Assembly (NCBI GenBank): GCA_001179505.1
Contig: CDMY01000299.1
Coordinates: 66,319 to 130,318, forward strand
DNA: 64,000 nt
Source of the DNA: Vitrella brassicaformis CCMP3155
Lineage: Eukaryota > Protista > Chromerida
Reading direction: 5' to 3'
In this document: positions 11,247 to 23,944 of the stretch, piece after piece
How the letters are laid out: every line of letters starts with the position of its first letter
Position numbering within the stretch: the stretch's first letter is position 1
Position numbers and translations under genes: made by a program
Notes under the pieces: model-generated
What the model was told of the DNA's origin: nothing
Database searches by the model: none
Seen by the model: only the letters and a program-made list of their open reading frames with translations

Positions 11247-14200
11247 ATGTCGGCTGTAGCGCGGCGGCTGGCTCGTTTGCACCGGCAACTCATCACCACT
11301 GCAGTCCGCCCTCCCCAGCCCCTCCCAGCGCCCTCCTTCCCCTGCACCACGCCCCGAAGAGCCGACGAGTGGCACTCGGCATTCATCGACAGGGATGCTG
11401 AGCCGCTGCACCAGTTCATCCAGGACGAGAAGAAGCTCTTCACCGCCTACATGGAGGAGCACCGCGACTTCCAGGATGCTCTCTATGACGAGAGCGCCAG
11501 CCTGGTGCAGGAGGAGTCGCTCATCCTGCCGGAGATCGTCAACGACTACATGTACTATCAGCGGTTTGTGGAGGGGTATCCCGTCTACTGCAGAAGGCTC
11601 GTGCCTGTCGAGTACAGACACCAGAGACGAGGTGAGTGAGGCGGGATGCATTGCATGCTCACCCCGTGATATGGCTCTCTCTCTCTCTCTCTGTCTGTGT
11701 GTGTGTGTGTGTGTCAGTGCCTGATCCGTTGTTCCAGCTGCATGACATGGAGGAGGCCGCGTCGATAGGGAGGGAGGAGGTGCTGCTCAACCTGGAGCAG
11801 CTCGCCAAACACCACTCAGAGGCGGGATACGCAGAGGCGTCCGTCTGCAAACTCGACGCCAGCCAGGCGGTGCTCGCATTCATCGTCGACTTCACCGGTC
11901 AGCCTGTCGGCCTGTCGGCCTGTCGGCCTGTCGGCCTGTCGAGCAGCCCCCATTTGCCCTCTCCTACCTATTGTCCGTGTGCTTGTCTGTGTGCAGGCGA
12001 TGAGTCCTACGAGCTGCGCTTCAAGAACCTGCACAACGGGTACCACCTGCCCTTCACCCTCCCCAACGCCCGCAACATCGAGTGGGCCAGCGACCCCATA
12101 GCCCTCCAGATCGACAGACACAGGCGGCACGTCACCGAGGACAAGCCGCACGAGCTCGTCTACCGCGACGAAAAGGGCAACGTCGTGAGAGACCCCGACA
12201 CGATGGTCAAGAGGGCGCTGAAGGCCAAGTGGCAGGCGAGTGAGCAGCTGATGGGGGGCATCCCGCTGCCGCAGACGTTCTACTACACTATGCCGATCGA
12301 GGAGGAGGGCACCGGCAGGACGGCGCGCATCTATCGCGCTAAGATGACCGAAAGGGGGATTGAGGACCAGGAGCTGCTGCTGGAAGAGGTAGGTAGGTGC
12401 GCAGAGAGACGGGGCAGACACAGACGACACCAATCTTCTGCGTGAACGTGCAGCGGAATTCGGCGGCGTATGTGGATCTGTTCAAGACGCGTGACAGCGA
12501 GTACATCTTCCTCACCTCAAACACCAAGACGACCTCAGCCGTCTATGTCGTCAGGTACACACCGATTCCAGCCAGCCTCTGTTTGCGCATATGCCAAATG
12601 GTGTGTCTGTCTGTCTGTCTGTGTGTGTGTGTGTGTTTCAGGGCATGGTTCTCTGAGGATGTGCCCCGGTTGCTGCGGCCACCCATGGAGGGAGTCGAAT
12701 ACTACGCAGAACACAGGTACAACCGCCACACACACACACACATACACACACACACGCATCGACTGCTCTCACACATGCCCGCAGGTCTGGATACTTCTAC
12801 ATCGTGGCCAACGACCGCCGGCCCGACTTCGAGGTCACCCGCATCCCCACACAGAAGTTCTTCCGCCGCCCGCACAAAGGCTCCTCAGGCCAGTGGGAGC
12901 CCCCGCCCGTCAGCGACTACGAGCTCTTCTTCGACCCCACGCAGCACCACATGAAGATCCAGGACATTGACATGAACCACAGGGCGCTGGTGCTCTACGG
13001 CTGGCGGGAGCCGTCGCACCCCGCCGTGTGTGTGGTGGACTTCAACGATGACGACGAGTACCTGGGCTATGACGACGACGACCGGCCCAAGGAGGCGTAT
13101 GACATGTCCGACGACCAGGGGGAGTTCGAGTACTTCCCCGACCCCAACGACCCCACCAAAGTCATCAGGAGGAGGCGGCAGAAGGATGAAAGGAGGTGGG
13201 AGGGAGGGAGGAGCGTGTGGCAGAATTGATGACGTCTCTATCTGTCTACGTGTGTGTGTGTCAGGTACTTCGCGTGGCTGCCTCTGGAGGGTGGTGTGGG
13301 CGTCGTGGAGCCCGGCGTGAATGCGGCTTTTGACGCACCCGTCATCCGATTCACCCTTCGATCGCCCCTGGGTAGGCAACCGACATCAGACGGATCCAAT
13401 CAATGCATGCAGGCATCCATCCATCCTTCGCTGTCTGTGTGGCATGCCATGGGCACACGTGCATGTCAGAGCCTGGAATTGTGTGTGACATCGATTTGTC
13501 CAAGGGGACGACCCACTGGAGACGCACCAAGGGATTCGACAAGAAGGAATTCGATGTCAAGCAGTAAGGAGATAGATACGTGCAGCACCGAGCGACTTGC
13601 ACTCTTTACCTTCTCATGCACACTTGGTGCAGGTACGTGTCTGAGGTGCACTATGTAGCCAGCCACGACGCACAAGTCGCCGTGCCGATGACCGTCGTCA
13701 GGTGACCGTGTAGGGCCAACTAAGGCTAGCTGAAGCCATGTGTGTTTGACACGTGTGTGTGTGTGTGTGTGTGTCATGTGTGGCAGGAAGAAGGACCTGC
13801 CGCGGCACGAGGCGCAGCCCTGTCTGATGTACATATACGGCGCATACGGGGCCATTCTCCACCCGGACTTCAAGATCGAACACATCTGTCTGCTCAAAAG
13901 AGGATGGGTGAGCGGAACAAAGCGCATCAATCGCGGGCGGCATCTCCCTGCCTCTCCGCATTCATTCAGATGATTGCATTCGCGCATGTGCGCGGCGGTG
14001 GGGAGGGCGGCAAGGCGCCGAGCGACGATCCAGACAGGTTCATGGGCTTCATCCAGGGCGGCGAGTGGCACGCCATGGGCAAGGGGCTGGTCAAGGCCAA
14101 CACCTTCCACGACCTCGTCAGCTGTGCCCACTACCTCATAGGCATGGGCTGGACGAAGCGGTCCCTCCTTGCCGTCAAGGGCAGCTCGGCAGGCGGCCTG

Positions 14201-15509
14201 CCGGTGGGCTGGATCGTCAACTACCACCCAGAGCTCTTCAAGTGAGAGAAAGACGCAGACAATGAGAAGACACACGATGATTGCTGGGTGTCACGTGTGA
14301 CGCAGGTGTTGCATCCTGGACGTGCCGTTTGTGGACCCTTTGACGGCGATGCTCGACCCGTCTTTGCCTCTGACGGTGCCCGAGTACGACGAGTGGGGCA
14401 ACCCCACCGTCGATCCGGGAGCCTTCCAGGCCATCCTCTCATACAGCCCCTACGACAACCTCCCTCTCACCGGCACTAGCACTGCCGCTGCCACTGGTGG
14501 CGGCAAGAGGGGCGCGGCCAGGCTGATCGACAGACAAGGCGCTGTCAAGACGGACAGTGCCTCGGCAAGACGCCAGCAGCAGCAGCAGCAGCAGTATCCC
14601 AGTATGCTCATCACGACCTCAGTCGACGATACCAGGTAGAGAGAAACAAATGAAGACACGATACACACAGGGCTGACTGGTTCATTCATTGGTATGTGCG
14701 TGTTGTGTTTGCTGTGCAGGGTGCCGTATTGGCAGGCCGTCAAGTACGCCGCCCGCCTCCGCATCCTTTCGAGCCCCCTGGTGTCCCTCTCGCCACCACA
14801 GGAGCAGCCAAGCAAGGACAGAGAGGCCAAGAGAAGGAGGCAGCAGTCGCCCGAAGGTCCCGATGACGACACACCCATCGACACACCAGCACGAGCCCCC
14901 CTTCACGTGGCCGAGACCCGGACGGCTCCAGCCCCTGCACCCAGCAGAGAAGCCGATCGCTCCCCCACTGACGATGCGTCGACGCCCGCACCCCAAGAGA
15001 GCAAGACGTCTCGAGTAATGGGGACGCGGCGGTGGCCGAGGGAAGTCGAAGAACATGTCGGGGAGCCCAAGGCCTTATCAGAAATACCACGCACAGCAGG
15101 AGAAGCCATCGACAGCCTCCCCATCTCTGACTCCACCCCGCCACCGTCACTAGCCAAGAAGCACGACCGCCGATCTGCAGACCGGCAGCCGACGCCCGAG
15201 GTCGACACGAGTGACGTGTCCATCGACGACTCGCTCATGAGTGGCGGCAGCAGCCGGCTGCTCATCCGTGTGCGGGAGGAGGGGCAGGGCGGGCACTTTG
15301 GTTCGTCGAGCGAGGCGGTTGCTTATGGGGAGGTGTGTGAGGAGATATCATTTCTGTTTGATGCGATGGGCCTGGAGATGATGGACGAGGAGATGAGGTC
15401 GAGGGCTGAGGGGAGGGTGTGGCGGGGGGGTGTGATGCAGAGGCTGCCGCAGATAGAGTCGCAGAGGGACGTGTTCGAGATCAAGCAAGACATACATCGA
15501 AAGGAGTGA
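11247..15509 (+). CDS. Oligopeptidase B / prolyl oligopeptidase family S9A; multi-exon; possible mitochondrial presequence
   Basis: YIYGAYG, HVRGGGE, GSSAGG (Ser), DVPFVD..PLTVPEYDEWGNP, DDTRV (Asp), GGHFG (His); Arg-rich amphipathic N-terminus MSAVARRLARLHRQL. Confidence 0.92.
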
Positions 15510-15714
15510 TGCATACATAGATGCGTGTGTGTGTTGACGCGCCTGCAGCTGCCGAAGCTGCTGTGTTTGCATGTAATGCCCTGGCAAAGCACGCAACAAG
15601 AAAGTAAGTCTCCCTGTGTGTGTCGCGTCTCTATCATCTTCTGTCACGTCTCTATCATCTTCTTTCGCTGTCATACCACAGCACGAAGAACAACGCAGAA
15701 AGTGAGTGTCTATC

Positions 15715-16525
15715 ATGGCCACCATGGCAGGCAAGGGCACACGAGACTATGCAAGGCATGTGCTGGACCGGGTCTTCGACATCGAGGCGGAGCAATCCTT
15801 TCGCAAGGAGATTCTGTCCGACTTTCACCTCAACAACTATCTTTTCTGTCTGGAGAGCGGCTTCAGCGACCGCAAACAGTCGGCCCTCTGCTCGTTGATG
15901 GCGCATCTCTTTTGGCAGGCAGTCAGGACCGCCTGGTCTGTGGGTGTCTCCTCGACCCAGGACGTCAAGGACGTCACCAACTACGTGCTGGACACTTTCT
16001 TCCGGCACTTCAAGCTGTATCAGTATGTGTATGTGACAAGGGAGGAGGTGCGTGTGGTGCCTGCGAGGAGCCTTATGCCCGCAATGCCGTCTGTGGTGGC
16101 GTTTGAGGAGAAGCAATCAATGAAATGGCTCGCTCCGTCTGATTGCGTGGCCCTCTCTCTGTACTGTATGGCCTCCCGTCTTCACTCTGTCCAAACGACC
16201 AGCGGCCGAGACGCAGGTTCCCAATGTGGAGGACTTCCCGACAGACGTGCCGGCACCAGCAGTTGACAAGAGAGTGAGCAGACACTCGTGGATGCAGTCA
16301 GGTGGTGTCTCTGCCTTGTGCATGTGGCCGCCCGTCTGTGTGTGGCTGCAGGAGAGCGGCCTGAGTGCATCTGAGAGCGTGGAGGCTTCCCTGCAGGCGT
16401 GGCAGGCCAAACTGGTGGCAGATTTCGAGAGCAGGCTGGAGAAACAGGATGCCGAGTTTCAGAGGAGGATCGATGCAGTGCAGGCTGCCAAGGGGGCAAG
16501 AAATGAGACAGACCTACATCTGTAA
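15715..16525 (+). CDS. CLAMP / flagellar C1a-32 (CFAP119-like) protein, apparently internally shortened; possibly degenerate
   Basis: ILSDFHLNNYLFCLESGFS..KQSALCS, SVGV..QDVKDVTNYVLDTFFRHFKLYQYVY, and a C-terminal coiled coil (ADFESRLEKQDAEF); family match recalled from memory. Confidence 0.6.
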
Positions 16526-17679
16526 GTGCCACTGGATGGATAGATGGATGGATGGACGATGATTGGGTGGAAGCATGCCATCCAGTGTATCCATTGTACA
16601 TACTGTATCTTTATGTGTCTCTTATCTATCGCGTCTCGTACGTCCATCCCTCGCACGTCCATTCCTATCATTCGTTTTTTGTGTGTACCCCCACCTCCCA
16701 GCGCCAGCGTCACATCACCGCTCCTCGCTTCAACACGCGAGGGGCGTGGTCATGGACAAAGAAGGAAAAGGCAGTAATGGCCTGACTGTGGTGGGAGGTG
16801 GGTGGTGTAGAGACGAACTTGAACCAACCACACACACAACCAAAAGAAAAACTTCGCATGACGACCCACCATTCATCGAGACAGAGACAACACTGACTCC
16901 CAACTGACGCACCACACACACATCCGCACACAAGGAGGGAGACACGTGAGTATGCAAGTCAATCAACACACTGAATGCAACACTACAATAGCACGTCAGT
17001 CAGTCAGTGAGTATGTATTTTTGGAAGAGATGAAGCCATGCACACACAGAGGGTCTCTCCCTCTCCCCTCCTCCCTGCCCTGCCCTTATCACAATTGACG
17101 CATGCATGCGCCCACCGACTACTTCACCGACAGTAGGTGCAGGCGCACCGTCCTGGGCATCTCCCGCCCGCCGTCTTGACCCTTTCCTCCACACGATGAA
17201 CCATTCGATGCCGTCGCAGCCGCCGGGCCGTGCGTCCCTGCCGCATCGATGGGTTTGGCCGAGGGCGCAAGAGAAGGCGCCACAGGGCCAGGGGGGTTTG
17301 GGGGGTTGCTGGGGGTGTTGTTGGGGCTTTCGGCCATGTGCATCACATCACCGCTATCTCATCACCATCCATGAACTCGATGAACGTGCCACCCATCTCG
17401 CCACACACCACACTCCCTCCCCCCTTCTCTTTCCCCTCACTGCTTGTCGAGTTCGAGGGCCTGCCGCATCGCCCTCGTCATCACGCCCTCCCGCGCTGCT
17501 TTGCCGCCTCGGTCGTCGGCCGCATGCTGCTGCTGCCCGGCCTTGCGCTTCCTGACGTTCTGTGGCTGCTGCGGCTGATACTGCTGCTGCTGCTGGAGGG
17601 GTGGGGGTGGCTGCTGCGCCTCTGGCTTGGGCGGCTTGGTGGCCTTGGTGACTTTGGCCTTGCTGCTGCGATTCCTCTG

Positions 17680-20600
17680 TCAGGCGGCCTTGTCCTTGAC
17701 GATGGCTTTCTTGGCCTTTTTCCCCTTCGCCTCCTTGGCCTCCTTGCCTCCCTTGCGCCCTCCCGTGGGCCCCGCGGCCTTCTTGCGGTCGGCGGCCTTC
17801 TGGGCGGGCGGTTGCGGCTTGGCGGCCTTGCGGGGCTTCTTCTTGCTTTTGGGCTTGGCCTTCTCGGCGGGTGGCTGGGGAATGGCGGCAGCGTGATCGC
17901 CGGCCTGTGTGGGTCCGGTAGGGAGCGGCTTCTTGCCCTGCAGCATGGCCTTGGGCTTGGGCGCCGGCTTGCCGCCCTTGCCTTTGCTCTTGCCCTTGTC
18001 GCCGCCCTGCTTGGCGGGCTTGTTCTTGCTGATCTCTTTCTTGACCTTGGCGAGGTCTGGCTCAGCAAGAAGGCGGGGCGATCTGCGCTTCTTGCCGCCC
18101 GCCTTCTCCTTCTCTGCCCTCTCCTGTGTCTCCACCTTCTCCTCCTTGACCAGCAGCTCGTTCCCAGCCCGCAGCCGTCCCTCCCATTTGCCTTTCTTGG
18201 GCGCCGTGTCCTCCTTCTCCTTGCCCTTCTCGTCCTTGTCCTCACATCGACCCTTGCGCTTCTTGCCGCCCGCCTTCTTGTTGTCATCCGCCTTGACGAT
18301 GGGCGGGTTGGCAGGGGCGGCGGGCGCGGCAGGGGGAGCATCCTCGTCATTCACCACGATGGCGGGTGGGTCGTTGATGGGGGGAGGGGGGGCGTCGGCG
18401 AGGTCGGGCGGGGAGACGGCGGCGAGGGCATTGGGCTGCACGTACTCGGCCATATACGCCTGCATATGACGGATCGACAATAGACAGAGACACGCATGAA
18501 TGGGTGGATGGGTGGATGGCTGGCTGGCTTCATGAGGACGGCCACTAGGCTGCTCACCTGGCGGCCAAGGACGAATTCGAGGGACACTTCCCTGATGTAG
18601 CCCACCTGGTCGTCGTAGACGAACCATTTGGCTGCATCATTCAAGAGAGAGGATCCACAGGCAGATCATCCATCTGTCCAGATGCCTGGTCGGATGGATG
18701 GATTGCTTACATTGGCCATTGGGGAGGGTTTTGCATTTATACGTACGATAGTGGCCCCCATGCCTCGTCCTGCCCTCATGCTCAACTACAGCTGCAGTCA
18801 GGACAAGACACAGGCACATTCGGCACATGTTCACTGTCAATTTCAGTGCACACGTACACATGAGTTTGTGCTTCTCCATCGGTGGTGCGCCCTCCTGCTG
18901 ATCGGCAAACGGGCTGAAGTCCAACTCCTCAGGAAGCTGTACGTGTGTCTGATTCTGGACACACACAGACAGACAGACAGACACGCACCGACGCAAATGA
19001 GAAAGGTGCGTATGTGTGAGCCTGTGTGTACCTTGCTGAGCCCCGCGAAGCGTTCGAAGTTGACGCTCACATCGGGCGGCACGGTGGGCATAGAGATTTG
19101 GACGGTCGCGTTGCACTTCTTGCCACAACAGGCGCAGAAGTACCTGTATGTACACATACGACACACAGATACAGGTGCGTGTCTGTCTAGCAATACACAC
19201 GTACTGGTTGTCGCCCTTCATCTCCTCGGGGGCAAAGAACGACTGCACGCAGGCCAGCCCGTCGATGCTCGCCCTCCCGCCGTTGCCCCCATCCGTCAGG
19301 TCGACTACGCAGTCCTACATTTATACATGAAAAGAACACAGGGACAGCCATGTGCACACAATTCTTAGGCACATTTTGGCTGCGGGCACTAAGCGTCCTT
19401 ACCAGCATCGGCACATTCAGCGACCAGGTCACTTCCCTGTCTCTGTCGGACTTCGTGCCGCAGTCCCCACACGTGACGGTGGACTTGAGGACACCTGGCA
19501 GTCGTTTCAACGTGTGTATCTCTCCCTCTCCCCCTGTGTGTGTGTCTGTATGCGGCATACCTCTGAAGATATCCGAGACGGCCGTCCCCGTGTTGGCGTC
19601 TCTACTGGCCTGGTCGAGGGTCATGTCGCGCGGCGCGTCGGTATTCCTTGTCCTGGCCAGCTCAGTCGCTGCAATGTACACACAAAGACGCACACGGACA
19701 CAGGCATAGACACAGATGCAGCTTGCACACACGGGTGCGTACACGTACCCGCGACCAGTTCTGAGTGCAGGCCCTCGAGGAGGAACTCCCGGGCCTCTGT
19801 GGCGTCTTCCTGGCGGCCAACAACTGCACACGTCTCGCACATACATAGACGACAAAAGTGCACGCACGGGTTTTGTATGTCGACATGAGCTACGTGCTGT
19901 GTGTGTCTCTGGTGGCTCACCGAAGTCATTCGAAGAGCGAACCATCGTAGTGTACATACTCTCCGCCCTCAGCGACACCACAGCACCTTCCTCCTTCTTG
20001 CGCCCTTTCTTGGCCTTCTGCCCCCTCTGCCCCTTGCCCTTCTTATCGGCCAGCTCCAGCTCCCGTGGTGTGGGCAGATACATGTGCCTGACCAAACAAG
20101 GCAAGAGAAGGGCGAATGCATGTAGAGGTAATCAAATAGATATTTCATACGATAGGAGCAGCAGGGTCTCCAAGAGAAGGGACGTCTTGGGGTCTCTGTG
20201 CGGCTCGCGAACCAGCGTTCCGGCCGGCCTTTGCGACGCACTCTCTAGGCGGCCTGTGGATTGATTAAGTGGAGAGGCAAAGACCAAGACACAAACAAAC
20301 AAACAAACAAAAATCCATCCATGCATCCATCCACGCCTCAATTGTCCTTGTGGATGCGTACGCGTGAGCGTGCGGTAGTGGTCTTCGTACCGCTTGATGA
20401 GCTCGGCCTTGTAGGTGACTAGATATTCTGCCTCTGAAGACACACACGGGAGGGTACGGGAGGGTAAGAGAGGGACCAACACAGCAGGGATGTCTGGATT
20501 TCTGCATAGATGATGATGTATTGTGCCAATGTTCACGTTTGAGTATGTATTTGGCCAGAGGAGGCACGCGCAGAACCGACTGCAGAGTTGCGCCTGCAAA

Positions 20601-20968
20601 ACAGCCGTTGCCCCCGACATTCTCCAACAGAACACACGGAAACTGCAAAGAAAGGCACACACATGGGCAAATACGATATCCGTGTACACAACAATTGTCC
20701 ATTCGTAAGTGCAGCTGACCTCCTTGAGCAGCGTCGCATCATATGGAAGTGGCAACTTGTCGACAGAATCGATGACGAGCCGCAGGGCCTTGCCGTCTCC
20801 CTCTCCCTCCCTCTTCCCCTCCGGTGACGGCTTCTTGGGCGGCGAATCGAAAGGCGAATCGCCGATATTCGGTACCCGCACGTTGCCGGGGAGCCCGCCC
20901 AGTCCGCCCGGCGGCGGTGGGCAATTGCAAAACGGGTTGGCAACTAACGGCGGAGGCGTACCCGCCAT
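17680..20968 (-). CDS. Ubiquitin-specific protease (peptidase C19) with Lys/Ala/Pro-rich histone H1-like C-terminal tail; multi-exon
   Basis: Cys box LENVGGNGCFAGATLQ; GRQEDA..EFLLEGLHSEL; IFRGVLKSTVTCGDC; FFAPEEMKGDNQYFCACC; His box VVEHEGRTRHGGHY; WFVYDD; intron phases consistent through the QEDA exon. Confidence 0.88.
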
Positions 20969-21479
20969 GGCTGGCACCAGCTAACGACGAAACTGGTGCT
21001 GTAAGTGTTATCACTTCGCGACTGCTTCGCGAACGCCTCGCAGTGAGTCGGCAACTGTGAGACTGTCTTGGCCACTGAGATGGGGGCCCACGCATGCATG
21101 TGATGGCTCCGGGGGCTGGGGGTTTTGCCGTCTCATCTCCGTCTCAGGGCACTTCTGTAATTGATGCCGGCACTTTCATTTGTCCTCTTATTCACATGCA
21201 TGCATGTAATCGCCATCACACAAGACCAGCCCATCAAGACACGGCAGAGAGACGTGTTCGACAGACACGAAACTGATGCATTTGCAAAGCCATGTTCTCG
21301 AGACTCGAGCCTGTTCTCACTTGCACACGTGTGCTATCCACACGTTTATCAGCGTGGCGGCGTGTTGGCGGCACTTTCGAATGGAAGAGACGCTACCGAT
21401 ATAAAATGCAAACAACGCCTGCATCCACAACCATCCTGACATTCATCAAGCAATAGGTTTGTTCATGCGATGAATGTCA

Positions 21480-21822
21480 GTACTCACGTTGGAGTATGCG
21501 GGGTTGACCGAATTCGGATTAACTGCAGCGTGGCATGCGCTTGGAAAGTGCCTAGAGTATAATAAGACACATTCGACACATAAGGACACATAAGGACATG
21601 TGTTCATTCGTGAGTGCAGCTGACATCTTTGAGCAGCATCTCCTTGTAGGCCAGAGGTGCCTTGTCGACGCAGTGGACGATGAACGCACATCCTTGTTCC
21701 CGGAAGGGCTGGCTGTTTAAGGGCGAATCGTTCACGTTTGGCACGGGAGGGTTGCCCGGCAGGCAAAACAGGGCGTTGCCTCTTCTGCCAGCAGGAACAA
21801 TCAGCGGGTGCGTCCCCGCTAT
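21480..21822 (-). pseudogene. Degenerate tandem duplicate of USP exons 1-2
   Basis: IAGTHP..LPGNPPVPNVNDSP..VDKAPLAYKEMLLKD versus MAGTPP..LPGNVRVPNIGDSP..VDKLPLPYDATLLKE; start ATG changed to ATA; shared intron start GTCAGCTGCAC; in-frame stop in exon 2. Confidence 0.75.
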
Positions 21823-22099
21823 GGCGCGATGAGCTGACTCAGTGAGCCGACAGTTCTCCCTCGTTCGTCCGGTCAACAACGTCGGGCTGCAAAGAGGGGG
21901 AAAAGGGACAGCCATCCGCAACGTATGTGGCACTGTTGCTCTGGAACACGACATACCGAACACCGCCTCCTCTCATGCCAATTTGCTCCACAAATGTCAG
22001 GCAGGGAGACGGCCGCGAAAGCCTTGGGCTGCACGGAGGTCGCCATGTAGGAAGACAGATAGAGACATTTGCGGTTGGGCGAATGGGGATGGCTTGAGG

Positions 22100-22900
22100 A
22101 CGGCCATCTACTCACCTGGAGCGTCACTACGAAGTCCATACGGGATGAAGTCAGCTCCTCGTTCTGGACACGCCCCTGTGGAAGCACGTGTCAGATACGC
22201 TGATCACTAAACGGAAGCACGTGTCGGTCAATCTGGTATGTGTGTGCATACCTACCTTGTCGGCACTGTTGTTGAATCTCTTGTGTTGACGCACACAACA
22301 GGGCAAGTTGCAACAGGGGGCCTCCCATGCACACACATGGCCATACATGTGTGCGTCCGTCATATAGGTGTGTGCAAAAGCGTACGGCCCGAAGAAGAAC
22401 ATACACAGTGTCTCGAGCAGGCATCCAAGGGCAGCGTGGGCGTCCTTCTTGCGACTAATCTCTGCGCAGCTGTCCTCATGGCGTCTCTGTCGATAGAAGA
22501 CCAGCAGAAACAAAGAGAGACACACGCAGCGTCCGTGCACCCCATGCGCCAACTCGTCGACGGCCTCGGCGCCTTAGTGGCTGGTCAGGCAACGTCACCG
22601 ATGATGATGGCGTTGAGGCCCACTTCTCTGCAGGAAATCACACATTTGTTTCACCGTGTTCTCACAGCCTTCGTTCCAGATGCCATTGGGACTTAAGTCG
22701 TTGTGATGACTGCTGCAGAACTCTTGAAGCTTCCCCTTTCTTCAATGAACACCAAGACTGTACACACGGCAGCGTCGACGGCAGCGAATTCCTGAAAGTG
22801 CAAGAATTCGCGCACTGCAGGTGCCGCGCACGGCAGTGGTGAGGGCGTCTCTTAAGGGGCCTTAGAGAGCCCAGCGCAGACCGAATGGCTTCAATGATGC
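22100..22900 (-). pseudogene. Second decayed USP-like relic (QEDA-box region)
   Basis: SRKKDAHAALGCLLETL aligns at codon level with GRQEDATEAREFLLEGL of the intact USP, and is preceded by a similar basic exon. Confidence 0.45.
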
Positions 22901-23112
22901 TCGAGGAGCTTACTTGTCGTCCTGCGAGGAAGAAGAGGGACAGCGCTGTACACACGACGTACAGTACGCGTGACCACCGCACTCCCTTGTTTGGAATCGG
23001 TGGGTACAATATTGCTGCCAGAAACGAAAGCCGTCAGACGCTCCGTCTCCTTTGTTTGAGACTCCAACGTCAGACAACGGCTGCCCCCACCCCCCAGTCT
23101 TCTCCCGACAAA

Positions 23113-23944
23113 ATGGGCTTTAGTCCGCGTTTCCTCATCCAAGCGTCCCTCACAGGGGCTGCACTGGCCACTGGGCTGGCTGCCCTGGTGCAGGCCATCC
23201 TTTTCCTCGTGAGTGTCAAGCAGGAGATGAACGAGAACTTCGAGGGCGAGTTGACCAAGAGCAAGAACATGCCGTGCGTCAGGAAGACACTCGACATATG
23301 CAGGCACGCAGACAAGAGAGAAGAAGCCCTTTGTTGTCCAGTGCCTTTGTTGTCTTCGTTTCTGTCTTCCCTTCAGCATTGACGTTGAGACAAAGTGCGG
23401 TCCGGCGTGCTGCCCTCTTCCCGACTACACGTGCGACATTGACCCTGCAATAGGGCTCAACTGCCGGCACGACGCGGGCTGCGGAGATGACCAGTGGTGC
23501 CTCGACTGGGCCGACATCCACGGCGAGTGCAAGACAGATGTTTGTCAGCAGGACCGCCTCGTGGAGAGCCTCGTCCTTTGGACAGTCATCACCTGTGGCA
23601 TCGGCTCGCTCGGCGACATGGTGGACATCCTGTTCTTCTTACGCTACAAGGACGCCAACATCATCAAGACCTCCATCAACGTGCTGACGGGATCGTTCAA
23701 GTTCATGTCTCTCTCCATCACCGTTGCTGCGGGGGCCAGCCATTTCATGGAGGATCTGAGCGAGGCCAAGTGCTATGCCGGCGGATCTGAGGGGGAGAAG
23801 ATGGTGGATTCGGCTGTGGCGTCGCTGCTGGGGTACACTGTTCTGATCATATGCTCGGCTGTGCTGTCGTTTGTCACATCGCCTTTCTCGGCGTACTTTG
23901 GGGGGAAGACAAGAGGGGTGCCCTATGTTAGGCAGATAAGATAG
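23113..23944 (+). CDS. Two-exon four-TM membrane protein with Cys-rich first extracellular loop (tetraspan/claudin-like topology); function unknown
   Basis: MGFSPRFLIQASLTGAALATGLAALVQAILFLV (TM1); loop C-x-LNCRHDAGCGDDQWCLDWADIHGECKTDVC; three further hydrophobic segments; intron at about 23276-23452. Confidence 0.75.

Noticed and set aside
15480-15720. Fusion of oligopeptidase B with the CLAMP-like gene
   Set aside because: I found no donor giving an in-frame join to the downstream micro-exons
17230-18483. 417-aa Leu/Gly-rich plus-strand ORF
   Set aside because: Antisense shadow of the Lys-rich USP tail
20520-20560. USP36/42 subfamily call from PPLAKYILKREH
   Set aside because: The REH codons probably overlap an intron donor (the paralog has GTGAGT at the same position), so the match may be coincidental
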